A stretch of 64,000 nucleotides of DNA from an uncultured Chloroflexia bacterium (GTDB lineage Bacteria > Chloroflexota > Dehalococcoidia > UBA2979). Positions within the stretch are counted from its first letter, which is position 1. Each line of letters opens with the position of its first letter. Below are positions 46,399-57,245 of the stretch, in pieces. The stretch lies in assembly GCA_963728205.1 (NCBI GenBank), contig CAVSIV010000006.1:384001-448000 (forward strand), in the 5' to 3' direction. The notes beneath the pieces were generated by a model. It had not been told where the DNA came from, searched no databases, and saw only the letters and a list, made by a program, of their open reading frames with translations. Both the position numbers and the translations under genes were made by a program.

Positions 46399-46517
46399 CG
46401 GGGGCCTTCCTGCCCACCGAGACGCCCGCGTCATCGGAATGAGCGCCCCAGCACTCCGATACCGGCACCAGTCCGACTGACTCGCCCCACGCCCGCGCGT
46501 CTACGCTGTCGAGCGCG

Positions 46518-47042
46518 ATGGATCACGTCGACCACGTCAACCTGCTGCGCGACGGCGTTCCCGCGCCCGGCGGCGTGTGGGCGGACTTCGGCGCCGGCGC
46601 GGGCGCGTTCACGCTCGCGCTCGCCGACCTCCTCGGCCCCGGCGCGGGGGTCATCGCGATCGATCGCGACGCCGGCCGGCTGCGCGAAAACGAGCGCGCG
46701 ATGCGCGTGCGTTTCCCCGAGACGGCCGCCCGGTACGTGACGGCGGACTTCCGCGAGCCGCTCGAGCTGCCGGCGCTCGACGGCATCGTGATGGCAAACG
46801 CCCTGCACTTCGCGGCGGACCAGGTCGCCGTGCTGCGACTGCTCCGCGGCTACCTCGCGCCCGGCGGCCCGCTGCTGGTCGTCGAGTACAACATCGACCG
46901 CTCGAACGGCGCGGTCCCCTACCCGGTGCCGTTCCGTCGCCTGCAGGAGCTCTGCGACGAGGCCGGGTTCGACTCGACGACGCTGCTGCGCACGCGCCCG
47001 AGCCGGTTCCTGCGCGAGATCTACTCGGCGGTGAGCCGGTGA
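46518..47042 (+). CDS. Class I SAM-dependent methyltransferase
   Basis: WADFGAGAGAF, DGIVMANALHF, LAPGG.LLVVEY. Confidence 0.9.
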   Translation: MDHVDHVNLLRDGVPAPGGVWADFGAGAGAFTLALADLLGPGAGVIAIDRDAGRLRENERAMRVRFPETAARYVTADFREPLELPALDGIVMANALHFAADQVAVLRLLRGYLAPGGPLLVVEYNIDRSNGAVPYPVPFRRLQELCDEAGFDSTTLLRTRPSRFLREIYSAVSR

Positions 47043-47064
47043 AGGCGGAGCGGGCCGCACGATC

Positions 47065-47313
47065 GTGAACGCGCAGGATCGACGCTTCCTGCGCCGGCTG
47101 CTCCTCGTCTTCGGGCCGCTGTTCGTGCTGGGTGGGTTCTTCGCCGCCTTCACCGTCGTGGGCGCGGTCTTGATCTTCGTCGGGGTCGGAATGTTCGCGA
47201 CCGGCCTGCTGTTGTTCACGAGGCTGCCGGTCATGATCCCGGCGCTGCTCGGCGCGGCGCTCGCGATCGCGTTGACCACCCAGATGGTGCTGCAACTCGC
47301 CGGCCACTGGTAG
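47065..47313 (+). CDS. Small membrane protein
   Basis: 82 aa, three hydrophobic segments. Confidence 0.65.
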   Translation: MNAQDRRFLRRLLLVFGPLFVLGGFFAAFTVVGAVLIFVGVGMFATGLLLFTRLPVMIPALLGAALAIALTTQMVLQLAGHW

Positions 47314-47379
47314 AGCACGCGGCCGCTCGGTCGACGCAACCCGCTCGGCGTTCCGGACCGGCCGGCCGCCCCCGACCCC

Positions 47380-48267
47380 CTAGTGCGCCGGGTGCAGCGG
47401 CGCCGGCGTGTTCGGCCGGACGTAGTACGTCGGCTGGTCGCCGCGCGCCGGCGGCAGGTAGTCGGCGGCGCTCTTCTGGCACCCGGCCGCGACGCGCGCG
47501 ATGCCGCCGGTCTTCCCCAGCCACAGCGCCGCCCCCGCACCCGCGTCCGAGCCGAACACGACGACGAACGTCGCGTCCGACGCCTCCTTCGGCGCCGCGT
47601 ACACCGCGTAGAGGCGCAGCGACTTGCCGGCGGCGAGGAGCTTCGCGATCGCGTCCTGCGGTTGCGCCGCCGACCACTGGCCGCTGTCGCACGCCTGCAC
47701 CTGCAGCCCGGGGTTCGCGGCCTGCGCGAGCGCGGCGGCGTCGCCCTGCGCCACGCGCGCCGCGATCTCGTCGATGGCCGGGAAGCCGGAGGTCGTGCCG
47801 GGGTCGTAGGTGGGCGGCGCAATCGCGGTCGCGGGGAGCACCTTCAGCGCGCTCACGTCGGGGTCGGGCGTGTACCAGCCCTGCGTGTAGAACGCCCAGC
47901 CGAGCCCGCCGAGCGCGAGCCAGTCGCCGTCCTCGCTCTTGCCGACCACCGAGACGGCGTCGCCGGGCTGCAGGCGGCCAACGACGACGCCGTCGAGCGA
48001 CGGCCCCGTGCGGACGTTGAGGTCGTTGGTGTCGATGGTGACGTGGACGCCGGGGGGCAGCGGGGCGGCCGTGGGCGACGCGGTCGCGGTCGCTGTGGCG
48101 CCGGCGGCGGGCGTGCCCGTGCCGCCGGCGACGGCGGCAGTCGCGGAGGGCGACGCCGCGGAGCCCCCGCCGAAGGGCCCGCAGGCGACGGCGCCGACGA
48201 GCAGCGCCGCGGCGAGCGCGAGCAAGACGGTCAGTCGGATCGCGCGCCGTGCGCCGCCGCAGTCCAT
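47380..48267 (-). CDS. Lipoprotein with bacterial SH3 domain plus Cys-containing domain
   Basis: AVAC lipobox; LNVRTGPS..VVG.L..G..V.VVG..DW SH3b pattern. Confidence 0.82.
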   Translation of the reverse strand: MDCGGARRAIRLTVLLALAAALLVGAVACGPFGGGSAASPSATAAVAGGTGTPAAGATATATASPTAAPLPPGVHVTIDTNDLNVRTGPSLDGVVVGRLQPGDAVSVVGKSEDGDWLALGGLGWAFYTQGWYTPDPDVSALKVLPATAIAPPTYDPGTTSGFPAIDEIAARVAQGDAAALAQAANPGLQVQACDSGQWSAAQPQDAIAKLLAAGKSLRLYAVYAAPKEASDATFVVVFGSDAGAGAALWLGKTGGIARVAAGCQKSAADYLPPARGDQPTYYVRPNTPAPLHPAH

Positions 48268-48308
48268 GTCCTTCACGATAGGCGGCGGCGGAAGGGGCAG
48301 CGTTCCCC

Positions 48309-49613
48309 TTACCGCAGCGGCGCATACGGGGGCCGGTTGACCCGCGCGGTCCCGACACCCGGGCGCCACGCCTCGGCACACCCATCGCGACCGGCGCCCG
48401 CCGGCACGGTCACCACCGCACGACTGTCGTCGAGGCGCGTCACGACGCTCGGTCGCGCCCCCGCGGTGTATTGCGGAACGTGCCAACCCGCGGACGCGGG
48501 GATCAGGACCCCGTACGCGTCCGGACCCTGCAGCCGGCCGGCCGGCTGTCCACCCTCGCCGAACGTCCCGTCGACCGAGACGCGATAGTGCCCGAAGTCG
48601 AATTCGCCGCCGTCCGCGCGCCACGGGTCGCCGCCGCAGCCGCCCGCGTAGTCCGGCGCGACGAACCGGAACAGCGCGGTCCCGTCGGCGGCGTAGATGT
48701 AGGCCACGTCCGCGCCGGACCGCGGCATGTCGTCGACGTAGAGGTAGCGCCCGTCAGGGGACCAGCGCGGGTTGCCCCAGAACTGCCCCTCGTCGGACCA
48801 CAGATCCGCGCCGTGCCGGTCGAGCACGCGCACGGCTTGGCCGGTCACGAGCGCAAGGCGGCTGCCGTCGGGCGACCACGCCAGCGATAGGTCGTGTTCC
48901 GTGTCGGGCGTCACGTCGAAGTGGCGATCAACCGGTGCCCAGTGGGCGAGGTCGGGGGCGATCCCGAGGTTCACACGCGCGTCGGTGACCTCCTGCGCGA
49001 CTGCGATCGCGGCACCGTCGCGCGACCACGACGCCGCGAATGCACGGCCCCGCGCGGCGCGCCAGAGATCGGCGAGCACGTCACCGTGGCCGTCAAACGC
49101 GGTGACCAGGTCGCCGCCCGCGACCGGGGCGATGAAGCCGACCTCCCCGGGGCCGTACTCGACGGGGAGGCTCGTCGCGCCGATCGCATGGACCGAGCCG
49201 TCATCGGTGCGCAGCACGCGATAGCCGTCCGCGACGCGGTAGACGATGTACGCGCCGCTCGGCGCGACGCCGAAGTCGCCCTGCGCGCCCGGCACGACCC
49301 AGGCGGTCGTGGTGCCGGACACCGGGTCGATGAAGAGAACCGCCGGCGCCACGTCGACGGTCTCGCCCTTCGCAAAGGTGCGTACGTACGGCGGCTCCGG
49401 TGACACGACCGCCGTGCCGCTCGCGGCCGGCGCAAGCGTCGGCGTCACGGCGGGCGTCGCCGGAGAGACGGTCGCCACCGTCGTCGCGCGCGTCGCCGTG
49501 GCCGAGGGGACGGCCGGTCGCGAAGAGGTGCAGCCGGCGAGCAACACCCCGGCTGCGGCCGCCGCGGCGACGAGGCGTGCCACCGACCGCCACCGCCCTC
49601 GCGCGGACGTCAC
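48309..49613 (-). CDS. TolB/WD40-like propeller lipoprotein
   Basis: LLAGC lipobox, Thr/Pro linker, WSRDG/WSPDG blades. Confidence 0.75.
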   Translation of the reverse strand: MTSARGRWRSVARLVAAAAAAGVLLAGCTSSRPAVPSATATRATTVATVSPATPAVTPTLAPAASGTAVVSPEPPYVRTFAKGETVDVAPAVLFIDPVSGTTTAWVVPGAQGDFGVAPSGAYIVYRVADGYRVLRTDDGSVHAIGATSLPVEYGPGEVGFIAPVAGGDLVTAFDGHGDVLADLWRAARGRAFAASWSRDGAAIAVAQEVTDARVNLGIAPDLAHWAPVDRHFDVTPDTEHDLSLAWSPDGSRLALVTGQAVRVLDRHGADLWSDEGQFWGNPRWSPDGRYLYVDDMPRSGADVAYIYAADGTALFRFVAPDYAGGCGGDPWRADGGEFDFGHYRVSVDGTFGEGGQPAGRLQGPDAYGVLIPASAGWHVPQYTAGARPSVVTRLDDSRAVVTVPAGAGRDGCAEAWRPGVGTARVNRPPYAPLR

Positions 49614-50993
49614 GACCCACACCGGTCGCGGCCGAGGTCCACGGATTCCGACAATCCACCGACCATCGGCCGTCCAATCGAGCCCGATCGGGAACGCCGA
49701 CCGGGCTCCCGTGCCGAAGGCATCGAGTCGCTCGCTCGCGCCGGTCGCGACATCGATCACGTAGACGCCCTGGCCGACGCCGCCGGCAAGGATGCGTCGA
49801 CCGTCGGGCGCCCAGGACTCGAACCAGAAGCCATGCAGATCTGTGGGGATGGGGCGCGGGGCGGCGCCGGTGCGCGCGTCGATGGTCTCGAGGCGCCAGC
49901 CCCCCGCTCGGCACTGATCCGCGACGACCAGGAGCGTGACGCCGTCCGGGCTCCAGCCGACGGGCGACACGCCGCCGAACGGGCCGCGCGTCCCGCCGCC
50001 GGCCGTATCGACGATCCACGTCTGGGGCATCGAGGCATCGGGCGTCCCGGGCTCGCCCCGCTGGACCGCGATGAAGCGCCCATCCGGCGACCACCGCGGT
50101 ACGCGCACGACGTCCCCCGGATCGAGGAAGAGCGACGCGGTCGCGGTCCCCGCCGAACCGGGCCCGGGCACGTCAATCACGGCCAGACGTCCGTCGGTGG
50201 TGCCCGCCGCAACCCGCGCGTCGATGGGCGACGCCGCGACCTCCCCGTTGCCCAGATGCGTGTCGGCGGCCAGCGCACCGTCGAGCGGACGCGACTCGCC
50301 CGTCGTGAGGTCGATCACCCGGTATTGCGTCCTGCCCGCGTACGGCTCGAGCAGGACTCGACCTCCTGCGAGGACGACGCCAGGGAGCGCCGGGTCGACG
50401 AACGTGATCGCGCGGTGCAGGAGGTCGACCTCGTAGACGCCGGCCGGCCAGGGCTTCGCGGTATCGACGGCCTGCGCGGGCTGGCCGTCGAGCCACACAA
50501 GGATGCGGTCGGCGTCAGGCCAGGCGAAGACCAATACGTTGAGGGAGACGGGGGGCAGGATCCGCGTCGCCTCGCCGCTCGCGAGGTCGAAGCGCACGAT
50601 CGCGCCGCCGCCGAACCCGGGATCGGACTCACGCACGAGTAGGTCGTCCCCGAGACGACCGAGCAGGAACGGCAGCATCCGCGTGAGGCGAGAGAGCGTT
50701 GCGTCCCGCGTGTCGTAGATGAGTGGCCCCGCTGGATCGGGTGCATCTGCGGGCACGCGTTGCACGTCGACGGGCGAGAAGTCGAGCGGGAAGGGCGTGC
50801 CCGGCACGGGCCTCGGCGACGGCGTGGCCGCCGGCGTCGTGGGTGTGACGGCAGCCGGCCTCGCGAGCGGCGAGGCGACCGACAGTGCCGCGGTGGGGGT
50901 CGAGGTGGATTCGGGACGGCTCGAGCACGCCACGAGCACGCTTGCGACGATCATGCCTACGGCGAGCGCGGCGAGGGGAGCGCGGCCGATCAC
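49610..50993 (-). CDS. TolB/WD40-like propeller lipoprotein (frameshift near 49640 fuses it to the next gene in the ORF track)
   Basis: VLVAC lipobox; WSPDG/WAPDG blades; corrected end ..DLGRDRCGS* gives a GTGA overlap. Confidence 0.75.
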
Positions 50994-52378
50994 GGCGCGC
51001 CCCGACTGGCGACCGGCGCATCGACGAAGCCGAGCACCTGGATCCAGGCGCCGGACGCGACGTCCCGTCCGCCGACGCGCAGCCCCATCGGCTCGTTGTG
51101 CGCGTAGCACCGCTCCGCGTCGACGCCGTTCGGGATCGCCCGCTCGGCCGTTCGCACCGCCGGCGACTCCTCGCCGCGACAGACGAACGACAGGCTGCGG
51201 TCGCCGTACCAGGTCTGCTCCGCCTCGAGCGGGCCGGTCACGTCGCGCGGCGCGCCGCCGTCGAGCGGGTAGAGGCGCCAGCGCATCGGATCCGCGCGGA
51301 TCGTCGCGACGTCCGCCACGTCCACGCAGCGGTCTTCCGCGAGCGCGGCCGCGATCAGCGCGCGGCCGGCGGACGAGAGCTGCCGCTCGCCGACGAGCAC
51401 GGAGTCGAACGACGCCGAGAGCTGCGTCCAGTCGATCACGGGCTCGCCGCGGTCGAGCGCCAGCAGGACTGCACCGGACTGGTCGACGGCGCGCAGCGAC
51501 GTGCTCGCTCCGTACGCGTCGCGGCACCGCGAGGCGAACGGCCCAGACCACTCGACGCGAACCGGCTGCGGCGTCACCACGCCCGAGGTCGGACTCACCA
51601 CGTTCACGCTGCCGTCCGTGCCGATGTCCGCCGTCCCGTCGAGCGTCTCGCCGCCGGCGATGTATGCGCGCACGTGGGCATCGTCGGTCCACTCGCTCGG
51701 GAACAGCTCGCCGGCCGGACGGCTGAAGACATCGGCCTGGCGAACGTGCGCGACGACGCGCCCGTCCGCGACAGCGACGACCGTGACCCAGACGTTGGAC
51801 GGCGTACCGGGCGTGCCGAACTCGCCGAGGGCGACAAAGTCGGCGTGCGGCGAGAGCAGGACGTTGGTGATGCGCGCGTCGGGACGCGAGTAGAGGAGGC
51901 GTCCGTCGGAGCCGTCGAGCGCGTACGACCAGAGCTCGTGACCGAAGTCGACGAGCACGCGGTCGCCGGCGAGCGTCGCCTTCACGTCCCTGCCGAGCTC
52001 GCCGGCGACCTGGAACGAGGCGACCTCGCGCCGCGCGCCGAGGTCGTAGTCGGCGACCCGCCACGGGGAGCCCGGCGTGCCCGCGAGGAAGTATGCGTAG
52101 ACGACGAGCGGGCCGGTGGCGTCGCGCGGCCAGCCGCGCTCGAGGTCGGTGCTCGGCGCGCCGGCAGGCGGCGCCTCCGTGGGGTATCCGGGCGAACGCG
52201 TGGGCGTGGACGTCGGCTCGAGGGTCGGGGCAGCCGCCGGCGATGCGGCGAGCGTCGCCGCGGCCGACGCGGACGCCAGCGGAGTCGGGGCGTGCCGTGC
52301 CGTGCACGCCACGCCCGCCGCGGCGACGACTGCCAGCAACAGGAGCGCGCCGAAGCGCGCGCGCCGGGCAGCGTCCAT
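50990..52378 (-). CDS. Propeller-like lipoprotein
   Basis: GVAC lipobox, Pro/Thr linker, ALDGSDGR-type blades. Confidence 0.72.
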   Translation of the reverse strand: MDAARRARFGALLLLAVVAAAGVACTARHAPTPLASASAAATLAASPAAAPTLEPTSTPTRSPGYPTEAPPAGAPSTDLERGWPRDATGPLVVYAYFLAGTPGSPWRVADYDLGARREVASFQVAGELGRDVKATLAGDRVLVDFGHELWSYALDGSDGRLLYSRPDARITNVLLSPHADFVALGEFGTPGTPSNVWVTVVAVADGRVVAHVRQADVFSRPAGELFPSEWTDDAHVRAYIAGGETLDGTADIGTDGSVNVVSPTSGVVTPQPVRVEWSGPFASRCRDAYGASTSLRAVDQSGAVLLALDRGEPVIDWTQLSASFDSVLVGERQLSSAGRALIAAALAEDRCVDVADVATIRADPMRWRLYPLDGGAPRDVTGPLEAEQTWYGDRSLSFVCRGEESPAVRTAERAIPNGVDAERCYAHNEPMGLRVGGRDVASGAWIQVLGFVDAPVASRGAP

Positions 52379-52385
52379 AGTCGCC

Positions 52386-53861
52386 CTATGATGGCCGGCG
52401 CCACGAACCGTCCGGCTGCCACGCGAACGACGTCGGCGAAAGGATGGGACCAATCTCCACCGCGTGGCCGCCGTCGAGGTCGGAGATCCACAGGGTTCCG
52501 CTCCCGCCGGCCGCGATCTCCGTATACGCCACGCGCTCCAGGTCGGGAGCCAGGGCGAACCACCGACCCGGCCCCGCCGGCCCCTCGATCTCGGGGCGGC
52601 GCACGGCCGAGCGCGCCACGCGGGTGACGGCGCCGCCATCGGCCGCGGAGCACTCGACCGGGTCGGGCTGCCCCTGACCGGCATTCGGGCGCCAGCAAAC
52701 GCGCGCACTGTCGCCCGAGAAGACAAACGACGGCGGATCTCCTTCGCCGTGGAGATCGAACTGCGCGCCCAGCTGGTGAAGGGCGCCGGTCCCCAGGTCG
52801 AGCACGACGACGTGCGGCGAAGCGGGATCGACGTCGTACTGGAGCACCGCGACGTGCTCGGCGTCCGGCGCGATCGCCCACGAGGTCACCCCCGGGAGCG
52901 GGTCGCGTGCGGGCCGACCCGTCGCCGCGTCGACGAAGTGCAGCGTGCTGTCGACCGTCGACGCGAGGAGCAGCCATGCGCCGCCATGCATCCACTCGAG
53001 CCCGCTGACGGACCCCCAGGCGAAGCCGTCGAGCCCGACGGTGTGCAGCGCGGAACACGAAGCCCCGGCGACGAAGTTGCAGACCTTCAGGCCTTCCTCA
53101 GACGGGTAAGCCAGTCGGGCGCCGTCGCGCGTCCACGCGAAGGCTCCGCCGGGCCCCGGCGATGCGTACGCGTCGTCGATGCTGAGCACGTGCGCACCGT
53201 CGCGATCAACGATGCCGGCGGAGTAGGAGCTCGGTCGACCGTAGACGAGGAAGCGCCCCGTCGAGTCCCACGACAGTCCGCCGATGGCGCCGTCGACCCG
53301 GGCGACGAGGTGGCCGGCCGCATCCCGCAGCTCAACCCCTCCGTTGGTCGCGCAGGCCACTACCCGGCCGTCGGGCGCGGGTCGCGCGTCCACGCGGCAC
53401 TGGCCGATCCCGAAGACCATGTGCGCGTCGCCGGCGGAGTCGGAGCCGACGACGCCATCGAGGCCCGTCTCGCAGAAGACGTGCGACCCGTCCGCCGACC
53501 AGAGCACCGCCTGCAAGCGGGGGTTCTCGAGCGGGCCGCAGCCCGACGCGAGCTTGCGTCGGGCGCCCGTGGAGATGTCGACGTAGACGAGGTTACCGTC
53601 GACGTCGACGTAGGCGATGCCGTGCGCGGCGCCGGTCGGCGCGAGGCCGAGGAGCGGAGCGAACGGTCCGGTGCGAGGCGTCGCGCCGGTCACCGGCGAG
53701 CCGCTCGCTGCGCCGTCGGGCGTCGCGGTCGCTGGGGGCGCGGTCCGGACGGCGGTCGTGGACGGCGTCGTCGAGGAAGGGTGCGGCGAGCGACCCGCGC
53801 AGCCCATCAGCGCGATCATCGCAACGACTACGAGCAGCCAACCGCGCAGGTGGGGGCTCAA
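52386..53861 (-). CDS. TolB-like propeller lipoprotein (start approximate)
   Basis: LMGC lipobox; WSADG, WDSTG, WTRDG and WQPDG blades. Confidence 0.75.
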   Translation of the reverse strand: MSPHLRGWLLVVVAMIALMGCAGRSPHPSSTTPSTTAVRTAPPATATPDGAASGSPVTGATPRTGPFAPLLGLAPTGAAHGIAYVDVDGNLVYVDISTGARRKLASGCGPLENPRLQAVLWSADGSHVFCETGLDGVVGSDSAGDAHMVFGIGQCRVDARPAPDGRVVACATNGGVELRDAAGHLVARVDGAIGGLSWDSTGRFLVYGRPSSYSAGIVDRDGAHVLSIDDAYASPGPGGAFAWTRDGARLAYPSEEGLKVCNFVAGASCSALHTVGLDGFAWGSVSGLEWMHGGAWLLLASTVDSTLHFVDAATGRPARDPLPGVTSWAIAPDAEHVAVLQYDVDPASPHVVVLDLGTGALHQLGAQFDLHGEGDPPSFVFSGDSARVCWRPNAGQGQPDPVECSAADGGAVTRVARSAVRRPEIEGPAGPGRWFALAPDLERVAYTEIAAGGSGTLWISDLDGGHAVEIGPILSPTSFAWQPDGSWRRPS

Positions 53862-53949
53862 CGGCGTCTCACATCTCCCTTCCTGAACGACAATGCCGGA
53901 CGTCGAGTTCCGCAGGATCGTCTCGTGCCGCACTCCGTCGGGCGTGAGT

Positions 53950-55175
53950 GGCTCATCGCCAGCCGGCTACGCTCGGCCGCGGTCGCGTCGGCGCGCGCCG
54001 CGTCCCGTGACGGCGCGGCCGGCGACAACGACGCTTGCCGCGAACACTGCGAGCATCGCCCGATGCGGGGCACCACCCAGCCGCCCGCAACGGTTCGCGT
54101 GCTCGACGTCGTGACGGGCGCCATCACGGTCAGTCCCACGCCCACCCCCGGGGTACGACGCTCGGTGGGCGAGGGATTCGCTGCACCTGCTCATCGCCTG
54201 GGCGCACGGCGCTGAGCCGAGACAACTCGCGGCCGTGAATCCCACCTCGTCGGTCATCGCACAGCCGCGAGGTTCAGCAGCGCATCGACGACCGCCCGGC
54301 CCGTCTGGTCGATCTGCGCGGGGTACATCAGCGCCAGGTTCGCAACGCCGTATGCCGTCGCGCCGAGGCCGAGGCTCCCGCGGAGCGAACTCGCGCGGCC
54401 GTCCGCGTCCACGGCCCATCCGCGGCGCGCGCCGCGACGGATGGGTACACCCAGAGCTGAAAGCTCCCCGACCTACCGCCCCCGGTGCTGAAGTTGTAGT
54501 TGATCCCGCGCCGGCAGCCGTCACCTCGCGGGCAGAGCGAGATCGCCTCATCGGTCGGGAACGCGATGATCCCCCGCGACGCCAGCGCCGCGATGAGATC
54601 GCCGCCCCCGAGTGGCTATTCGGCTTGCGGTGCTATCGGGCCTGCCGCGTCGCCGTCCATCCCTGCGGCTCCAGCCGTGGAAGCAGCGCCAGCCGACGTC
54701 GCAGTCGCGGTGGGAGTCGCGCCCCGGTCCGCCACCGGCACGTCTCGCGACAGCAACCTCGACCCGAGGTCTCCGTCGACCGTCACGCTAAAGAGCCAGA
54801 GCCTCACGGGCTGCCGACGGCAACCCTCGCCGACCGGGAAGTGAGATACGTGGAGCTCCGCTCGCCCATCCGCGTCGACCGAGACCCGCCCGAGCTCCGC
54901 ATACGCGTCGCCGGAGACCTGCCAGACGAATGCGACATGAGAACCGGGGTAAGCCGCTCCGCCGTGAGATCAGCATCTCCGCGACACGTCAACGGCGTGG
55001 GTTTGACCACGAGCGCGTCATCTTCGGATGCGGGCACGGCGGCGGACGTCGACGTTGGTGTCGCGTCCCTTGCCGGTGTGCAGGCCGTCACGAAGACGAC
55101 GGCGATAGCGACGAGCGTCGCCGCCCGACATGGCCTCCGCGCTCCGCGTTCACGCCCCTCGGCCGGCCGGGTCAT
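53950..55175 (-). pseudogene. Degraded or error-rich lipoprotein gene(s); 3' end uncertain
   Basis: MTRPAEG..VVFVTAC signal and Thr linker, ATGA-coupled to the upstream gene; frame breaks downstream. Confidence 0.4.
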
Positions 55176-57200
55176 GACGGCTGGTCCAGCCGTTGCTGGT
55201 AGCTGCCGTCGGCGGGCGCGAGCCAGAGCGAGCTGCCACCACCCGGCGGCGTCGACCAGAAGACGACGAACCGGCCGTCGGGGGTCCACTGCGGGGCGTA
55301 GTCGTCGTTCGCGTCGTGGCAGACCCGGGTCACACCGGAGCCGTCGGTGCGCGCGACGAAGACCTGCACGTGGCCTCCGCAGCCGAGAGGAAGGCACGCG
55401 GCTGCCATCGGGCGAGGCCGCGGCGTGGACCCCCCGCATCGGGAAGCGGCGGCGGGGTCGTCGGTGAGGTTCACGAGACCGCTCCCGTCGGCATCCATCA
55501 CGAAGAGGTCCCAGTTCCCGGTGCGCTCGGAGAAGAAGGCGACGCGGCCGTCGGGCAACCACGCCGGATCGATGTCGTGACCCGGGCCCGGGGTGAGGTT
55601 CGTCGCCGCGCCCGTCGCTGCGTCCATGACGAAGATGTCGGGCTCGCGCGAGTCGCGCGTCGATGCGAAGACCAAGCGCCTGCCGTCGGGCGACCACGCG
55701 GGGCCGCCGTCGTAGGCGCCGGTCGCGGGCATGGCACGCACGGCGCCGGTGCCGACGTCGACCACCAGAATGTGCGTCGGCGCGCCCGGGAGCGCGTTCG
55801 GCTCGACGCTGTCCATCACCGCGAGCCGCGTGCCGTCGGGCGACCACGAGGGCGCCACGGGATCTTCCTCGCCGTTGAGCGGTGCGAGGAGTCGGTGGCC
55901 GGAGCCATCGGCGTTCGCCACCGCGAGGTGCCAGTTCTCGATGAACGCGAGCCGCGAGCAATCGGGCGACCAGGCCGCGAGCCAGGGCGGCGACACGCTC
56001 CCCGGGCACGGCTCGAACGGGTCGAGGCGCGTCACTACGAGCGGGCTGCCTTCGCACGACACCGCGATGCGCGTCGACGGGTCCGGGCGCGCGGACGCCG
56101 GCCGCGTCGAGCGCGCGATGCGCAGGAGCTCGTCGAGCGACGCACGTCACTCTCGAGCACGGCGGCGCGCCGGCGCGGAGTCCCAGCGGGGCGTCGCGTA
56201 CGTCGAGAGCGCGGCGTAGCCATCGAGCCCGGCGATCGAGACGCGGTCGCCGATGCGCAGCGCCGCCATGAAGTTGTCGAAGGCACGAGCTCGCACCGGT
56301 GAGATCGTGCCGGCCGCCGACCGGAGGGACGCGAAGGCGGCGATGGTGCGGCACGCGCTGTCGCCGGTCGACCCCGACCCGCCAACCGAGTACCCGCTCG
56401 TGGAGACGTCGGACAGGGGAAGCTGCCGAGTTCGAAGGTCGGGAGGCGTTCGACGCACCGTGGCAGGATGTGGCACCCCTCCGGCGGATCGGTAGCGCCG
56501 TGCCGACGGGGTGAACCGGAGCAGCGGGGGCGAGGTCGACCCGGGTCGAAGCGCGCGGACGCAGAGGAAGATCGCCGGCCCAGACCGACTCACTTCCCCG
56601 CCGAAGATCTCAGGACCAGCGAGCCAGGTCGGCCGGCGCCGCCGGACCGCCCCTGACGTCGAGCCGGAGCCGTGGCGCCCGTGCCGGGGCGCCAGACGGC
56701 GGCAGCGGACGAAGATCGGGCGAGCAGGGTCGCGGCCGATAACCCGGAGCGTCCCCCGCGGGGATTCACTGTCGGAGAAGGCACGGAGGCTGGTCGCCGT
56801 GACCGGGCCGACCATCGGTACGACGACCGGGCCGGGGTAGTCGTAGGCGACCTCGGCCGGCAGATCGGAGCGATGGTACTTGCGTGGCGGTCGTCGAAGG
56901 TCCAGCGTGACGTGCCGTCGGTGACCGTCAGCAGCGTGCCTGCATCGAGTGCCGGGTTGGTGTACTGCACTTCCGCGCGGCCCAGTCGCGGCGACTGGTA
57001 CCACCAGCGCATGGTCTCGGACGGCGAGCCGGCAAACGGTGCCGTCGGGGCAGCGAACCGGCGGATGAGTCGGTCGCCTCGATCGTCGCCTCGAGGTAGA
57101 ACGGGTGGCCCGCGGAAGGCCTCATCGCGCCTCTCGCCTCAGAGTGGACGGCGTGTTGCCGAGACCGTACGCGACGACCGGCGGCCGCGCGTCAGCATCG
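55172..57200 (-). pseudogene. Paralogue of the LolA-like + PD40 protein at 35439-37625, many frameshifts
   Basis: PFYLEAT, RWWYQS, PALDAGT, DSVEPNALPGAPTHILVVDV and DGSYQQRLD are near-identical to the intact copy. Confidence 0.8.
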
Positions 57201-57245
57201 TCCCGCCCGCCAGACCTGCGCGCCCGCCCGGCCGCGTGCCCTCCT

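Noticed and set aside
48309-52307. 1332-aa giant propeller protein
   Set aside because: It contains two internal signal peptides with lipoboxes, so it is two genes joined by a frameshift plus an upstream shadow segment.
55172-57200. Diversity-generating retroelement template/variable repeat pair with 35439-37625
   Set aside because: No reverse transcriptase is present and the differences are not adenine-specific; ordinary paralogy explains the similarity.
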